NCBI GenBank assembly: GCA_965243025.1
Contig: CBDETY010000003.1
Coordinates: 832,001-896,000, forward strand
DNA: 64,000 nt
Source: Candidatus Latescibacterota bacterium
GTDB lineage: Bacteria > Latescibacterota > UBA2968 > UBA8231
Direction: 5' to 3'
How positions within the stretch are numbered: position 1 is the first letter of the stretch; every line of letters starts with the position of its first letter. A model generated the notes under the pieces. The model did not search any database, was not told the DNA's origin, and saw only the letters and a program-made list of their open reading frames with translations. Positions 40,474 to 49,671 of the stretch are shown one piece after another. Position numbers and translations under genes: made by a program.

Positions 40474-40695
40474 ATGGCAACCACCATCTGTGATATCTGC
40501 ACCGGGGTCGTTGCCGATGGCGAGTTACGCGGGGAGCTCAAGGTCGGAACGGCCAGTATGATGGCCGAGGGGAGGAAATTCGATGTCTGCATCGAGTGCG
40601 TGAATGGCCTTACCAAGTCCTCCCGGAAAATGGTGGCTTCTCCCTTCCGGGTCTTCGTGGACGAGGAGGGCAGAATCCGGGACACGAGGGAGTAA
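40474..40695 (+). CDS. Small CxxC...CxxC Zn-binding protein
   Basis: CDIC and CIEC; AGGAGG RBS; abuts the HTH gene. Confidence 0.6.
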   Translation: MATTICDICTGVVADGELRGELKVGTASMMAEGRKFDVCIECVNGLTKSSRKMVASPFRVFVDEEGRIRDTRE

Positions 40696-40847
40696 TGGTT
40701 TTCAAGCCGGTCTGCTGCGTTTGCGGTCAGGAAATCAGGCCCTGGCACCTGTTCTGGATGCCTACCCCCGGCCAGCATGTATGCATCCCCTGCAGCGAAA
40801 AGGAAGACCCTGGAGAGGAAAAAAGCACTGCCGACGATGGCGGATAG
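40695..40847 (+). CDS. Small Cys-rich protein
   Basis: TAATG coupling; CCVC...CIPC. Confidence 0.5.
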   Translation: MVFKPVCCVCGQEIRPWHLFWMPTPGQHVCIPCSEKEDPGEEKSTADDGG

Positions 40848-41184
40848 TTTGTGGCAGGGGGGAATCGAGCAGGTTGGGAGGCAATGGGCTGGAGCCTCTT
40901 GTCCGTCTGTTGAGGAATGCCCCCGAGCGTAGCCTCTTGAGCCGGAAAGAGCCCTCCCGCATTTTGCCGATTCGTCAAGGCCCGCCTTCGGTTCCCTCTG
41001 CCACTATTTTGGGGATAGATGAACTTGCCTACCCCGCCTGATCGGGGTCAAGGCCGTCCAACTTCTGACAATCAAAAAAATCTGAGCAAGAAAAGCCGCT
41101 TGCCGAGTAATACGCGGTAGAAATAAAAGATGGGGAACGTGGGAAGGGGATTAACTATGCGCCCGGTTTCTCTTTTGGTCCTGC

Positions 41185-41841
41185 CTACCGAATGAGCGTA
41201 TCTGGAAACCCTACTGAAACTAGCTGCGTCTTTTCATCTGGCCCAACTTGCATCAATTGTAATTGACTCCAGTGCCCCGTTGCAAACTCTACCCGGCCTC
41301 CAGCCTCAGATTCTACTTCTTTCCCCTCTTCAGGCTTGCCCACACAGCTGTTATTGAAATACAAGGACATTGGCCTATGGAGTCTTGCAGCCGAAACTTG
41401 GTGCAACCTTCCATTACCGTCCTGGGCGAATAAAGGACCCTTGATTTCCTCAGCACGAGAGGAACTACCCAATAGAGGCTCCTGAATAAGGAGAGTTGGT
41501 TCCCTGGGATACACGTCTCCGGTTCCTCGGGCAAATCCCTCAGAGTAAATGACTCGGACTTCCTTCCAGTCTCTCCTCAATCCCTTGTATAGCATCTTGC
41601 CTATCAGTCGGTCGGCAAACCTTGAAAAGAGGAAGGACATCAATCCACTTGAAACCAGAACATGGACCACCCTAATGAAGCTATCTTTCGCTGCAGACGT
41701 GGGCATAAAGAAAAAGAATGGGACTTGGATTACCAGAAGGGCAAGGAAAACCAGGGGCTTCCGATATTTCCAAATGAGTTCTTTCATCCTGACCTGCACC
41801 TTTCTTCTACGCAGCATGTTGGGCTCGTGTATATCTATCAA
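41185..41841 (-). CDS. Hypothetical membrane protein (2 N-terminal TM)
   Basis: 218-aa ORF with hydrophobic segments, lower GC. Confidence 0.55.
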   Translation of the reverse strand: MIDIHEPNMLRRRKVQVRMKELIWKYRKPLVFLALLVIQVPFFFFMPTSAAKDSFIRVVHVLVSSGLMSFLFSRFADRLIGKMLYKGLRRDWKEVRVIYSEGFARGTGDVYPREPTLLIQEPLLGSSSRAEEIKGPLFAQDGNGRLHQVSAARLHRPMSLYFNNSCVGKPEEGKEVESEAGGRVEFATGHWSQLQLMQVGPDEKTQLVSVGFPDTLIR

Positions 41842-41983
41842 CAGAGTGTCAGAGGACCTTCAAGCCCCTCATCATCCCGGCAAAATTTTCGGGCTCAGCA
41901 TTTCAGCCTGGCTCCACGCTCCCCATCAACAGAACGAACCCCTTCAATGAACTGTTGGTGAACCACCGACGAAGGAGAATACC

Positions 41984-42193
41984 ATGTCCGACGAAGTGGA
42001 TCTACCCAAGTGGATTATCCGCCGATATGCAGTGGTAAAAGACAAGAAGGTTGACCGGTTCGAAACCCTTCGGGAAGCAACGGCACACCGCCAGAAGCAC
42101 GGAGGAGAAATTCGCGAGCTCGTGTTCCGCTTGTCCGAGGTAAAGTCCCTATCTCAAAGGGTCGAGGGGTGGGTACGGGCTGATGGAGAGTGA
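41984..42193 (+). CDS. Small hypothetical protein
   Basis: AAGGAG RBS, 69 aa. Confidence 0.55.
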   Translation: MSDEVDLPKWIIRRYAVVKDKKVDRFETLREATAHRQKHGGEIRELVFRLSEVKSLSQRVEGWVRADGE

Positions 42194-42283
42194 CAGGACA
42201 GGCGGACACCCCACTGCTCTCCTGTTCTTCACAAGCTCGCATTGATAAGCAAATCCCCCTTTTCCGGGAAAGGAAACCAGTCA

Positions 42284-42556
42284 ATGAACCACGAAACGAG
42301 AAGCAAAATCGAATCCGTATATCAGGACGTGGCCTTCGAGAAAGTTCACCTTATGGCGGACGTAGATCCAGCCTGCATTGCCATCTTCTTCAGGCACCCC
42401 GAGATGGGAGGGATAGCCCTCCCGGTGTCGGCAGTGCAGGCTATATGCCTCACCTTCGCCCTGCTGGAGTTGTTCGGAGAATCAGAGGGTATCCTTGATC
42501 CGTATCTGGACACCGCCGTGGAGGAGATCAGGAAAATGGCGCTGAAGAAAGGATGA
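42284..42556 (+). CDS. Small hypothetical protein
   Basis: AAGGA RBS, 90 aa. Confidence 0.5.
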   Translation: MNHETRSKIESVYQDVAFEKVHLMADVDPACIAIFFRHPEMGGIALPVSAVQAICLTFALLELFGESEGILDPYLDTAVEEIRKMALKKG

Positions 42557-42669
42557 CAAACACCCTATGGAATCACTCGCAGCATCGTAGGAATAATGGC
42601 CGCCGCCACGGCCAGCAGAGCGGCCAATAGGAACCTTTTCATCCGGAATCTCTCCTTCACGGTTTCGCA

Positions 42670-43182
42670 TTAGCTCCGAGACTTCACCACGACTTCGTAG
42701 GCGCTCTGAATCTCCTGGAACTTCTCCCCCGCCAGCTTGACGATTCCTGCGGGAATCTCCTCGCCTGCCAGCCTGTCCGGGTGATATTCCTGGCATAGCT
42801 CCCTGAACTTCCGTTTCAGTTCCTCGTCGGACACCTCCGGCGAGCAGCCCAGAGTCTCGTAACAAGACCCCAGCATCTTCTTTTCAAACGCCCTTTCCAG
42901 CTCCTCGTCCGTTCCTGCTGAACCTCCGGAACAGGCGAACAGGTATCTGTTGACCAGCCTGGTGAACTCCAACAGGGTCATTTGATCCTTGCCGCCGCAG
43001 ATCCTTCTGAGATTGTCGTCCGCGTTGATCCTTCGCGGATTCCTTGCGTCCTGCAAACCGTTCTCCCGGATGTAGCCCCAGAGTTCCTCGACAACCTGAG
43101 CCTTCGACACCGGCTCGTCGCCGACAATGGCAGCCAGTTCCTCAGACGGCTGCAGCCGCTTCAACATATCTCCCTCCGTCAA
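42670..43182 (-). CDS. SWIB/MDM2 domain fused to a DnaJ (J) domain
   Basis: LQPSEELAAIVG...LWGYIRENGLQD...RINADDNL (SWIB); YETLG...YHPD...FQEIQSAYE (J domain). Confidence 0.85.
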   Translation of the reverse strand: MTEGDMLKRLQPSEELAAIVGDEPVSKAQVVEELWGYIRENGLQDARNPRRINADDNLRRICGGKDQMTLLEFTRLVNRYLFACSGGSAGTDEELERAFEKKMLGSCYETLGCSPEVSDEELKRKFRELCQEYHPDRLAGEEIPAGIVKLAGEKFQEIQSAYEVVVKSRS

Positions 43183-43196
43183 CGAAAGGACTTTTC

Positions 43197-43508
43197 ATGA
43201 CCGAACGGATCCGTGTCTTGCCGGGAAACACCGAGAGAGTGAACTCGAACCGATTCGGCGACGGCATCTTCGCGCCGCCGGCAGGGAAATACCTTACCGA
43301 GGTGGAGGTCGTCCTGGTCCTCCATCAGCCGCCGCTTCGACCGGGACCGCCCTGCACATTCGAAATCTATCCCCGCCAGGAAAAGCTGACCATGCTGGTG
43401 TACCACGACACCCCTCAAATAAGCTGCTGCGAGGCCCAGGCGAAGGCGAAAGCCTCGCTCCTTCAGGTGTTGCAGGATCTGGAATCCTCCCTGGTTCAGG
43501 AACGGTAG
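43197..43508 (+). CDS. Hypothetical protein
   Basis: AAGGA RBS, 103-aa ORF. Confidence 0.4.
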   Translation: MTERIRVLPGNTERVNSNRFGDGIFAPPAGKYLTEVEVVLVLHQPPLRPGPPCTFEIYPRQEKLTMLVYHDTPQISCCEAQAKAKASLLQVLQDLESSLVQER

Positions 43509-43621
43509 TCTCGAAAGCTCCCTGGCTGATCCGATGCCGCCAGGAGGTTCTGTACGACCCTGCCGGGAATTCAGAAGAGTCAAAGGCCGCCCCGGTGGGG
43601 GCAGTGGAGAGGGTTTAGTCG

Positions 43622-43864
43622 TCAGGGATTCCTCTTCCCATCTCCCCGGTCCAGCTCGCCGGCGAGCGCTTCCAGTGCGGCTATATCGCGGCGGATCATC
43701 TTTCGGGCGCAGTCGAGGCAGTAGTGACTCCAGCCTCCCCCATTGCGGACTTTGAGCCGCTTGTCTCCGCGCTGGAGCCGATGCCCCTTATTGGCTTTGC
43801 AATTATGAGCGCGCAGAACTACGTCCACCTTCGCCGGGATGCGCAGGGATCTAATTCGTCCCAT
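43622..43864 (-). CDS. Small basic Cys/His (putative Zn-binding) protein coupled to the helicase
   Basis: HNC...H...YCLDC; start overlaps the restored helicase C-terminus; GGAGG RBS. Confidence 0.65.
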   Translation of the reverse strand: MGRIRSLRIPAKVDVVLRAHNCKANKGHRLQRGDKRLKVRNGGGWSHYCLDCARKMIRRDIAALEALAGELDRGDGKRNP

Positions 43865-45660
43865 CGAAGACCTCCTTTTCAGCGCGCTCGACGATCCCGG
43901 CGAAATTCCGTTCGATCCGGTCCAGGTCGTCCCGGGTGAACTCGCTGCGCTCCCCGGCCTTGCGGCCCACCGCAGCGTTCACCTGCCGATCAATGGCCGT
44001 CTTGACGACGACAAAATTGGACCGGCTGAAGCGCTGGCGGTCGAGGTTCCGGGCTTCCGGGTTGACGCCGCGCTTCCGGAGAATCCGTCCGGTTTTCCCT
44101 TTGCACCCGCGTGTCGAGGTCGCCGCGCCTTGCCTGGCGCTGCTGGAGGCGGGTCATGGGAACGGGCTTCTGCTCGCCGATAGCCTGCTTGCCTTCGTCG
44201 GATGAGTACCCCTTTTCCGGAAGGACCCGGGGAGCCGCAACCGCCTCGGAGAGTTCGGGAACGAGGAGGGTTTCTTCCAGCCGGATGGCCGTCTGGCCGC
44301 GCACATCGATGCGTTCGCCCTCGCCGGAGTCACGGGGCTCGACTTCAATCTCGTCGCGGGAACGGAAATCGAGGTCCTCCGGCAGAAGCTGATCGAAGAA
44401 CTCCTGGTCGGCTCCGCTGAATTCCCGGAAATCGTCCCACCTGTTCGCGACGTTGGCACCGGCATGGAAGACGACGCTGCCTTGATTGAGAAGGTTGTCG
44501 GGGTCGTTGGGCTCGATGACGCGCATGATGCGGCCTGCGAACTGAACGAAGGGAGAGAGGTTTGCGAAGAGGCTGAAGACCGCCGCGACGGCAAGATAGG
44601 GGTGATCGAACCCCTCCCCGAGCTTTCGAACCTGGACGATCACATCCAGCTCGTGATTTTCCAGACGCTGCAGAACCTGGTCGTTGACGGCACTCTTTTC
44701 CCGCGAGTGCACAAAATCGGCGCCAAGGTCGCGGGCGCGATACGCTGCCACGATCTGGCCGCAGTGCTCGTAGTTGAGCGCCGAGGCGATGATCTTGAGC
44801 CGCCTTTCGCCGGAGGCGGTGCGGAGCTTGTCCAGCTCACGGATCGAAGCCTCGACAAGGGTGTCGAGGGTCTCGGTCGAGGTCACGATGCTGCGCCGGA
44901 AACCGGCGTCCTGCTCGCCGAGGAGACGCACTTCCTCCAGGCCGACCTCCTCCTCCTGTCCGTCCTCGCGGCGGACATAGCGCAGCGTTTCCGGGTTGAG
45001 GACCACGGCCTTGAGGCGCTTGACATAGCCTGCCTGAATGGCCGCAGACACCGAATAGGAATACAGGATGCGGCCGGCCATGACCTGACCGTCGGCGCGT
45101 AGAGGAGTGGCGCTGAAGTTGACGATTCTTGCCTGCGGAAACTGGCCTTTCAGCGTTTTCCAGCTCTGCGCGACGTTGTGGTGTCCTTCGTCGAACAGGA
45201 TGAGGTCGAAGAAATCCTCCGGCAGCCTCTGGAGCCAGCGGTTATTGTCGCCCTGCAGTTGCTGGATGTTGGTAATCACCACGTCGGCTTCTTCGAGGTC
45301 CGCCCGGTTGGTGGTCGCGCCCCGGATCCGGGCCGGCTCTGGAAAAGGAGGAGCGTCCAGGACGCCGCACCGGGTGTAAAACATGTCCCTGGCAGGGTCG
45401 AAGTCATCGTTGAGTTGCTGAGCAATCTTGACGCCGGGGGCCACGACAAGGGTGCGGGTGGAGCCAAAGGCGAAGGGGGCCAACGCGATGCAGCCGGACT
45501 TGCCGCAGCCGACGGGCAGGACGATTCCGACCTCGCGCTCCTTCTCGTCCTGGTTACCGGCGAAACGGGACAGGGCGGCGTAGGTCTCCTTCTGGGGTGT
45601 GCGAAGACGAGGGTTGTCATCGATCTGGGGCTTGAGGGTCTGGAACAGGTCGTTCTTCAT
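43851..45660 (-). CDS. SF2 DEAD/DEAH-box helicase with a late +1 frameshift at A4 (plus-strand TTTT 44093-44096)
   Basis: LPVGCGKS, FDEGHH, SATP, LGEGFD, QFAGRIMR; removing one A restores a coherent tail ending EKEVFDGTN*. Confidence 0.85.
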
Positions 45661-46375
45661 GATATTTCCCTGTTTCTCCCGCAGGCGGTGCGGGGGATGG
45701 ATAAGGGTGGATGGAAATCTGGATGTGGAAACCAGGCAGCCGGTCGCCTGCTCCAAGGTGGCCCTGAAGCAAGGCGGAATACGTTCAGGCGGAAAAGGGC
45801 TTGTCGTACTCCCGGAGGAGCCCGAACGGAAGCCGGGGTCCCCGGTGGGAGATGACTATTTTCGCAGGCTTAGTGGTACCGTAGGTACCCCTAAGCCTGG
45901 AGATTTAACGCCGAAACCGGATCAGGCGGGGCAACAACGGCTGCGTGGGTAACTGGCTCTCGTACCGAGGGCGTTGAAGAGGTTGGAATCAAAAAAATCA
46001 TCACTCATCAGTCTGAATCAGCAGTTCAACTACTCCTTGGTGTTGTAGGTCATCGGTGTTTCGTCATCGCAGTCGGCACCGGCTGGGAAAACTCCCTGGC
46101 CGTGAGGCCGGTGTATTCCTCGCAGGCTGCGAACCCCAGGTCGCACATCGATAGGGTCCCCGCTGAAGGGCGACCTCCTTGGCTTCCATTTTCAGTCTCT
46201 GCTACCGTCGCGCCAAGGACTGCTCTCTGAGTCCATCGGGCGATCTCCCTGATCGCCTGTCCTCAAACCGCAACATACCGGCGTGCCGGTTCCTGCGCAA
46301 TTCCTCCTGGCGGAAAAAGAAGAGGAGACGCTGAAAACATGAACTGAGACATCTCACCAGAAGAAAGGGTCTTCC

Positions 46376-46813
46376 ATGAAACTCGAAGTCGTCGAACGCA
46401 AGGTGCGGCAAATCTGGCAGGACGTATGCTCGGAGCCGCTCACCAGTCCCAACGAGGTGCTCGCCTACCTGGATACCCTCGACATCGCCTCAGCCGACCG
46501 GGAGGTATTCATCGTCCTCCACCTCGACACGCGCAATCGCGTAGTCGCACACGAGACGACCTCCATCGGCAGTCAAAACGCTTCCCTCGTTCATCCACGG
46601 GAGGTGTTCAAGGCAGCGATCCTGAAGGGAGCCACCAGCATCATTCTGGCCCACAATCATCCATCTGGAGATCCAGCCCCATCCAAGGAGGACATCGATC
46701 TCACTCACCGTCTTGTCGAGGCCGGTGGCCTTATGGGAATCCAAGTGCTCGATCATGTCGTCGTCGCTCCTCCCGGCGAAAGCGTGTCCATGAAGGAGCT
46801 CGGGATTGTCTGA
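46376..46813 (+). CDS. radC: Stand-alone RadC/JAB-domain protein (MGE type)
   Basis: REVF, HPREVFK, AHNHPSGDPAPSKED, VLDHVV. Confidence 0.92.
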   Translation: MKLEVVERKVRQIWQDVCSEPLTSPNEVLAYLDTLDIASADREVFIVLHLDTRNRVVAHETTSIGSQNASLVHPREVFKAAILKGATSIILAHNHPSGDPAPSKEDIDLTHRLVEAGGLMGIQVLDHVVVAPPGESVSMKELGIV

Positions 46814-47161
46814 TTTCCTGTCCAGTTGTGATCGCCATCCAGTGCTCAACTCAGTGAAAATATAACGGCCGGGTGCCAATGTGCGCAGAAACCGGATCAT
46901 GCCGGTTCCCGCAGGAAATGCCGAGGCCGGCCGCGTCGGCTGCAATCGCCAGAAAACCCCCGAAGGACAGGGCCGTGCCTCTCCTCTGTTGAATTGGTGG
47001 ACACCGATAAACTCCGATCACCGCAGTCGATCACTGTAGTAAGTAATTGTATATAGGGGAGCGGGCACCGTTTACAGCGTTCAGTCTGCCAGGGTAGAAA
47101 CCGTCTGTGGAGGGGATTCGATCCTGATAACGCTCCCCAAATCTCACACCGAAAGGAGCTC

Positions 47162-48154
47162 ATGAAAATCCTGAAACGATTCCTGGGCCGCTGGTCCAAA
47201 GCCGGCAGGGGGCTCGTCCCCGAAGGCCCGGGAAGGAACGACCGGAATGGCGTATCCCTGATCGAGCTGTTCGCCAGGTTTCCCGACGACGCGGCCGCGG
47301 AGAAGTGGTTTGAAGACGTCAGATGGAGCAAGCACATCCACTGCCCCCACTGCGGATGCTGCGGCATGATTACCGAATGCCCCCACCGCAGGCCGATGCC
47401 CTATCACTGCGGGGATTGCCGAAAGCGGTTTGGCGTTCGCACCGGAACGGTGCTGTCCCACTCCAAGGTGCCCCTGCAGAAATGGGTCATCGCCATCTAC
47501 CTGTTCCTGTCCAGTCTCAAGGGCGTGTCCAGCCTGAAGCTGCACCGGGATCTCCAGGTAACGCAGAAAACCGCCTGGTTCATGGCCCACCGCATCCGCG
47601 AGGCCTGGTCGGACCAGGAGAAGCTCTCAAGCCGGAGGGGCGAGATCGACCAGGCCTATTTCGGCGGAAAGGAGGCCAACAAGCACGCCGACAAGAGACT
47701 GCGGGAACGGTGGATGGAGGGAAAAACCATCGTCGTCGGCATGAAGGACCGAAAAACCGGCAAGGTCGCCGCGAGCGTGGTTCCTGCTGAAACTGCCGAC
47801 ATTCTGAGAGCCTTTGCCCGGAAGCATCTGAGAGCCAACGGCACTCTGTACAGCGACGGGGCCAGTGCCTTGAAGGATTTCAAGTGGCCGGGGAAATCCG
47901 AGTTCGTCATCCACTCGAAAGGCCAGTTCTCGACCGATGGGTCCCACACCAACGGCATCGAAAGCTTCTGGTCCATGATCAAGCGAGCCTACAAGGGGAC
48001 GTATCACAAAATGTCCCCCAAGCACCTGCAGCGATACATCGACGAGTTCGTCGGACGGCACAACATCCGCGACAAGGACACCCTTGATCAGATGGAAGAC
48101 CTGGTTGCCCGGATGGTAGGCAAACGGCTGTTGTATCGGGATCTGGTCAAGTAG
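47162..48154 (+). mobile_element. IS1595-family transposase
   Basis: CPHC..CGDC, FGVRTGT, EIDQAY, SDG, NGIESFW, KRLLYRDL. Confidence 0.93.
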
Positions 48155-48161
48155 AAAACAG

Positions 48162-48212
48162 CCAGGACCTTCGCTGCTCCCCCCGCCTCTTCGAAGGTCC
48201 GGGGGCTTTTTT
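48162..48212 (+). terminator. Probable intrinsic terminator after the IS1595 transposase
   Basis: Stem GGACCTTCG/CGAAGGTCC followed by T6. Confidence 0.6.
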
Positions 48213-48254
48213 GTGCCCTTTCGCAACATCAAACCGCTCAGAAAAGGAAACCGC

Positions 48255-48464
48255 ATGGTCGAACATCGCACCGTGGAGATCCAGACCGTAGAGGAATGCA
48301 CCTTCCTTTCGGGACTTCAGATACCGGGAATCTCCATTCAAGGCGACCGCCAGGGAGGCGGCACCTACGAAATCATCCTGCCCGCAGGCCGGGCAAGGCA
48401 ACTCATCGAACTGCTGTCCCGGGAGGCCGGAGGAAAGACCCCCGGGCGTCCGAAGGACATCTGA
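48255..48464 (+). CDS. Small hypothetical protein (IS passenger-like)
   Basis: AAGGA RBS. Confidence 0.5.
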   Translation: MVEHRTVEIQTVEECTFLSGLQIPGISIQGDRQGGGTYEIILPAGRARQLIELLSREAGGKTPGRPKDI

Positions 48465-48480
48465 ACGCGAAAGGAGACTG

Positions 48481-48876
48481 ATGATTCCCAATCCCATCAA
48501 AGGCAACGGCGAACAGCGGAAACTGCTGAACTCCCTGAAACCCGTGGTCAAAATCGTCGCCGTGGTCGCGGCCCGAGAAGCGGGGGTGTACCTCTACAAG
48601 CTGGCCCTCAACAAGGTCCACACCGAGTGGATCAAGGCGAAGGTGAAGGACAAGCTGAGGGTCGTTCGCAGGGACTTCGGGATGGAAACCGACCCCGAGC
48701 CCGGTCCACGGGACACCCCCGGGATCCCTGATGACGACATCCAGAACGGCGTGGATCCGGAAGGACCCAGCCCGAGAAGTCGGGCTGCCCAGCGGGCTGC
48801 CCAACGCAGAGTGCGGGACGAAACCGGGAAGTTCGTCCGGAAAGATCCACCACGGGAAGGGGGTGATAGCTCATGA
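48481..48876 (+). CDS. Hypothetical protein
   Basis: AAGGAG RBS; C-terminal RDETGKFV motif. Confidence 0.55.
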   Translation: MIPNPIKGNGEQRKLLNSLKPVVKIVAVVAAREAGVYLYKLALNKVHTEWIKAKVKDKLRVVRRDFGMETDPEPGPRDTPGIPDDDIQNGVDPEGPSPRSRAAQRAAQRRVRDETGKFVRKDPPREGGDSS

Positions 48877-48956
48877 TGCCAAGGTGGTTGGCGATTCTGC
48901 TGGAAGTGGCGCTGGAGGTGATTCAGATCGTGCTGAACCACTGGCGCAGCCGGTAG
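48873..48956 (+). CDS. 27-aa hydrophobic peptide
   Basis: ATGA coupling; MMPRWLAILLEVALEVIQIVLNHWRSR. Confidence 0.4.
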   Translation: MMPRWLAILLEVALEVIQIVLNHWRSR

Positions 48957-49049
48957 ATGCCGACCGAGGGGTAGGTGCAATCCGTTGCGCCTATCCTTTA
49001 GCCGGTAACGAAAATACAGGCAAGCGACGCAGCCTGGAGGGGCAGTCCT

Positions 49050-49430
49050 ACGATGTTCCGTGTGGACGATTACATCTGCATCACCTGTGAGCCGCCATGG
49101 AAATCCGAAGGGCTCGACTGGCCTACATCATCCATCGATTCGGCCCCCTCTTGGTGAAGCCGACGGACTCCGGCCATTTCGCCGCCTTTCCGGCCGCGAC
49201 GGCTTGCTGTCCTCCCCGCAGAGAGGAAGCCGCGCGGAAATCCCCGAATTGTCGAGGAAGGTCATCACCCCGTAGCGGACTACCGCCAGCGACCGGGCTG
49301 AGTCCAGGACTCCTTGCAGAACTGTGTTGAGTCGGGGCTCTCATTGATGCGCAGGCTGGCCTGACTCAACCGGGGTCAGGCGCTCCCGCAGGACCTCGTT
49401 GTCTCGTTCCATCTCCTCAGCAGGTTTCAT
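49050..49430 (-). pseudogene. Decayed N-terminus of a GAF-domain sensor kinase/regulator
   Basis: MKPAEEMERDNEVLRERLT/LSQASLRINES/TVLQGVLDSARSL...RYGVMTFLD across frames. Confidence 0.6.
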
Positions 49431-49671
49431 CCCTCCTCTCCTTGTCGGGCTCGGTTTCCAAGCCAAATCGTCCGAAATGTCCATTATCCACCCCAATTTC
49501 CATAAAAAAACCGCCGAAATGGACCTTATTTTCACCGGTTTATCACTCATGGGGGAGTTATATTATTGACCCGGTCTTTTCGTGTCGCAGCCGGTTTCCT
49601 CGGCGGAATCCCCACGCTTTTCGCAAGTGGGTTGCATCCGCCCCAGCAACGCACCAAGGGAGATATCTCGG

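Noticed and set aside
39990-49000. Intact prophage or ICE
   Set aside because: No integrase, relaxase, replication or virion genes, and no att repeats identified
46854-49570. Terminal inverted repeats for the second IS1595 (AATATAACGGCC at about 46860, GGGAGTTATATT at about 49553)
   Set aside because: Both motifs face away from the transposase and no TSD was found
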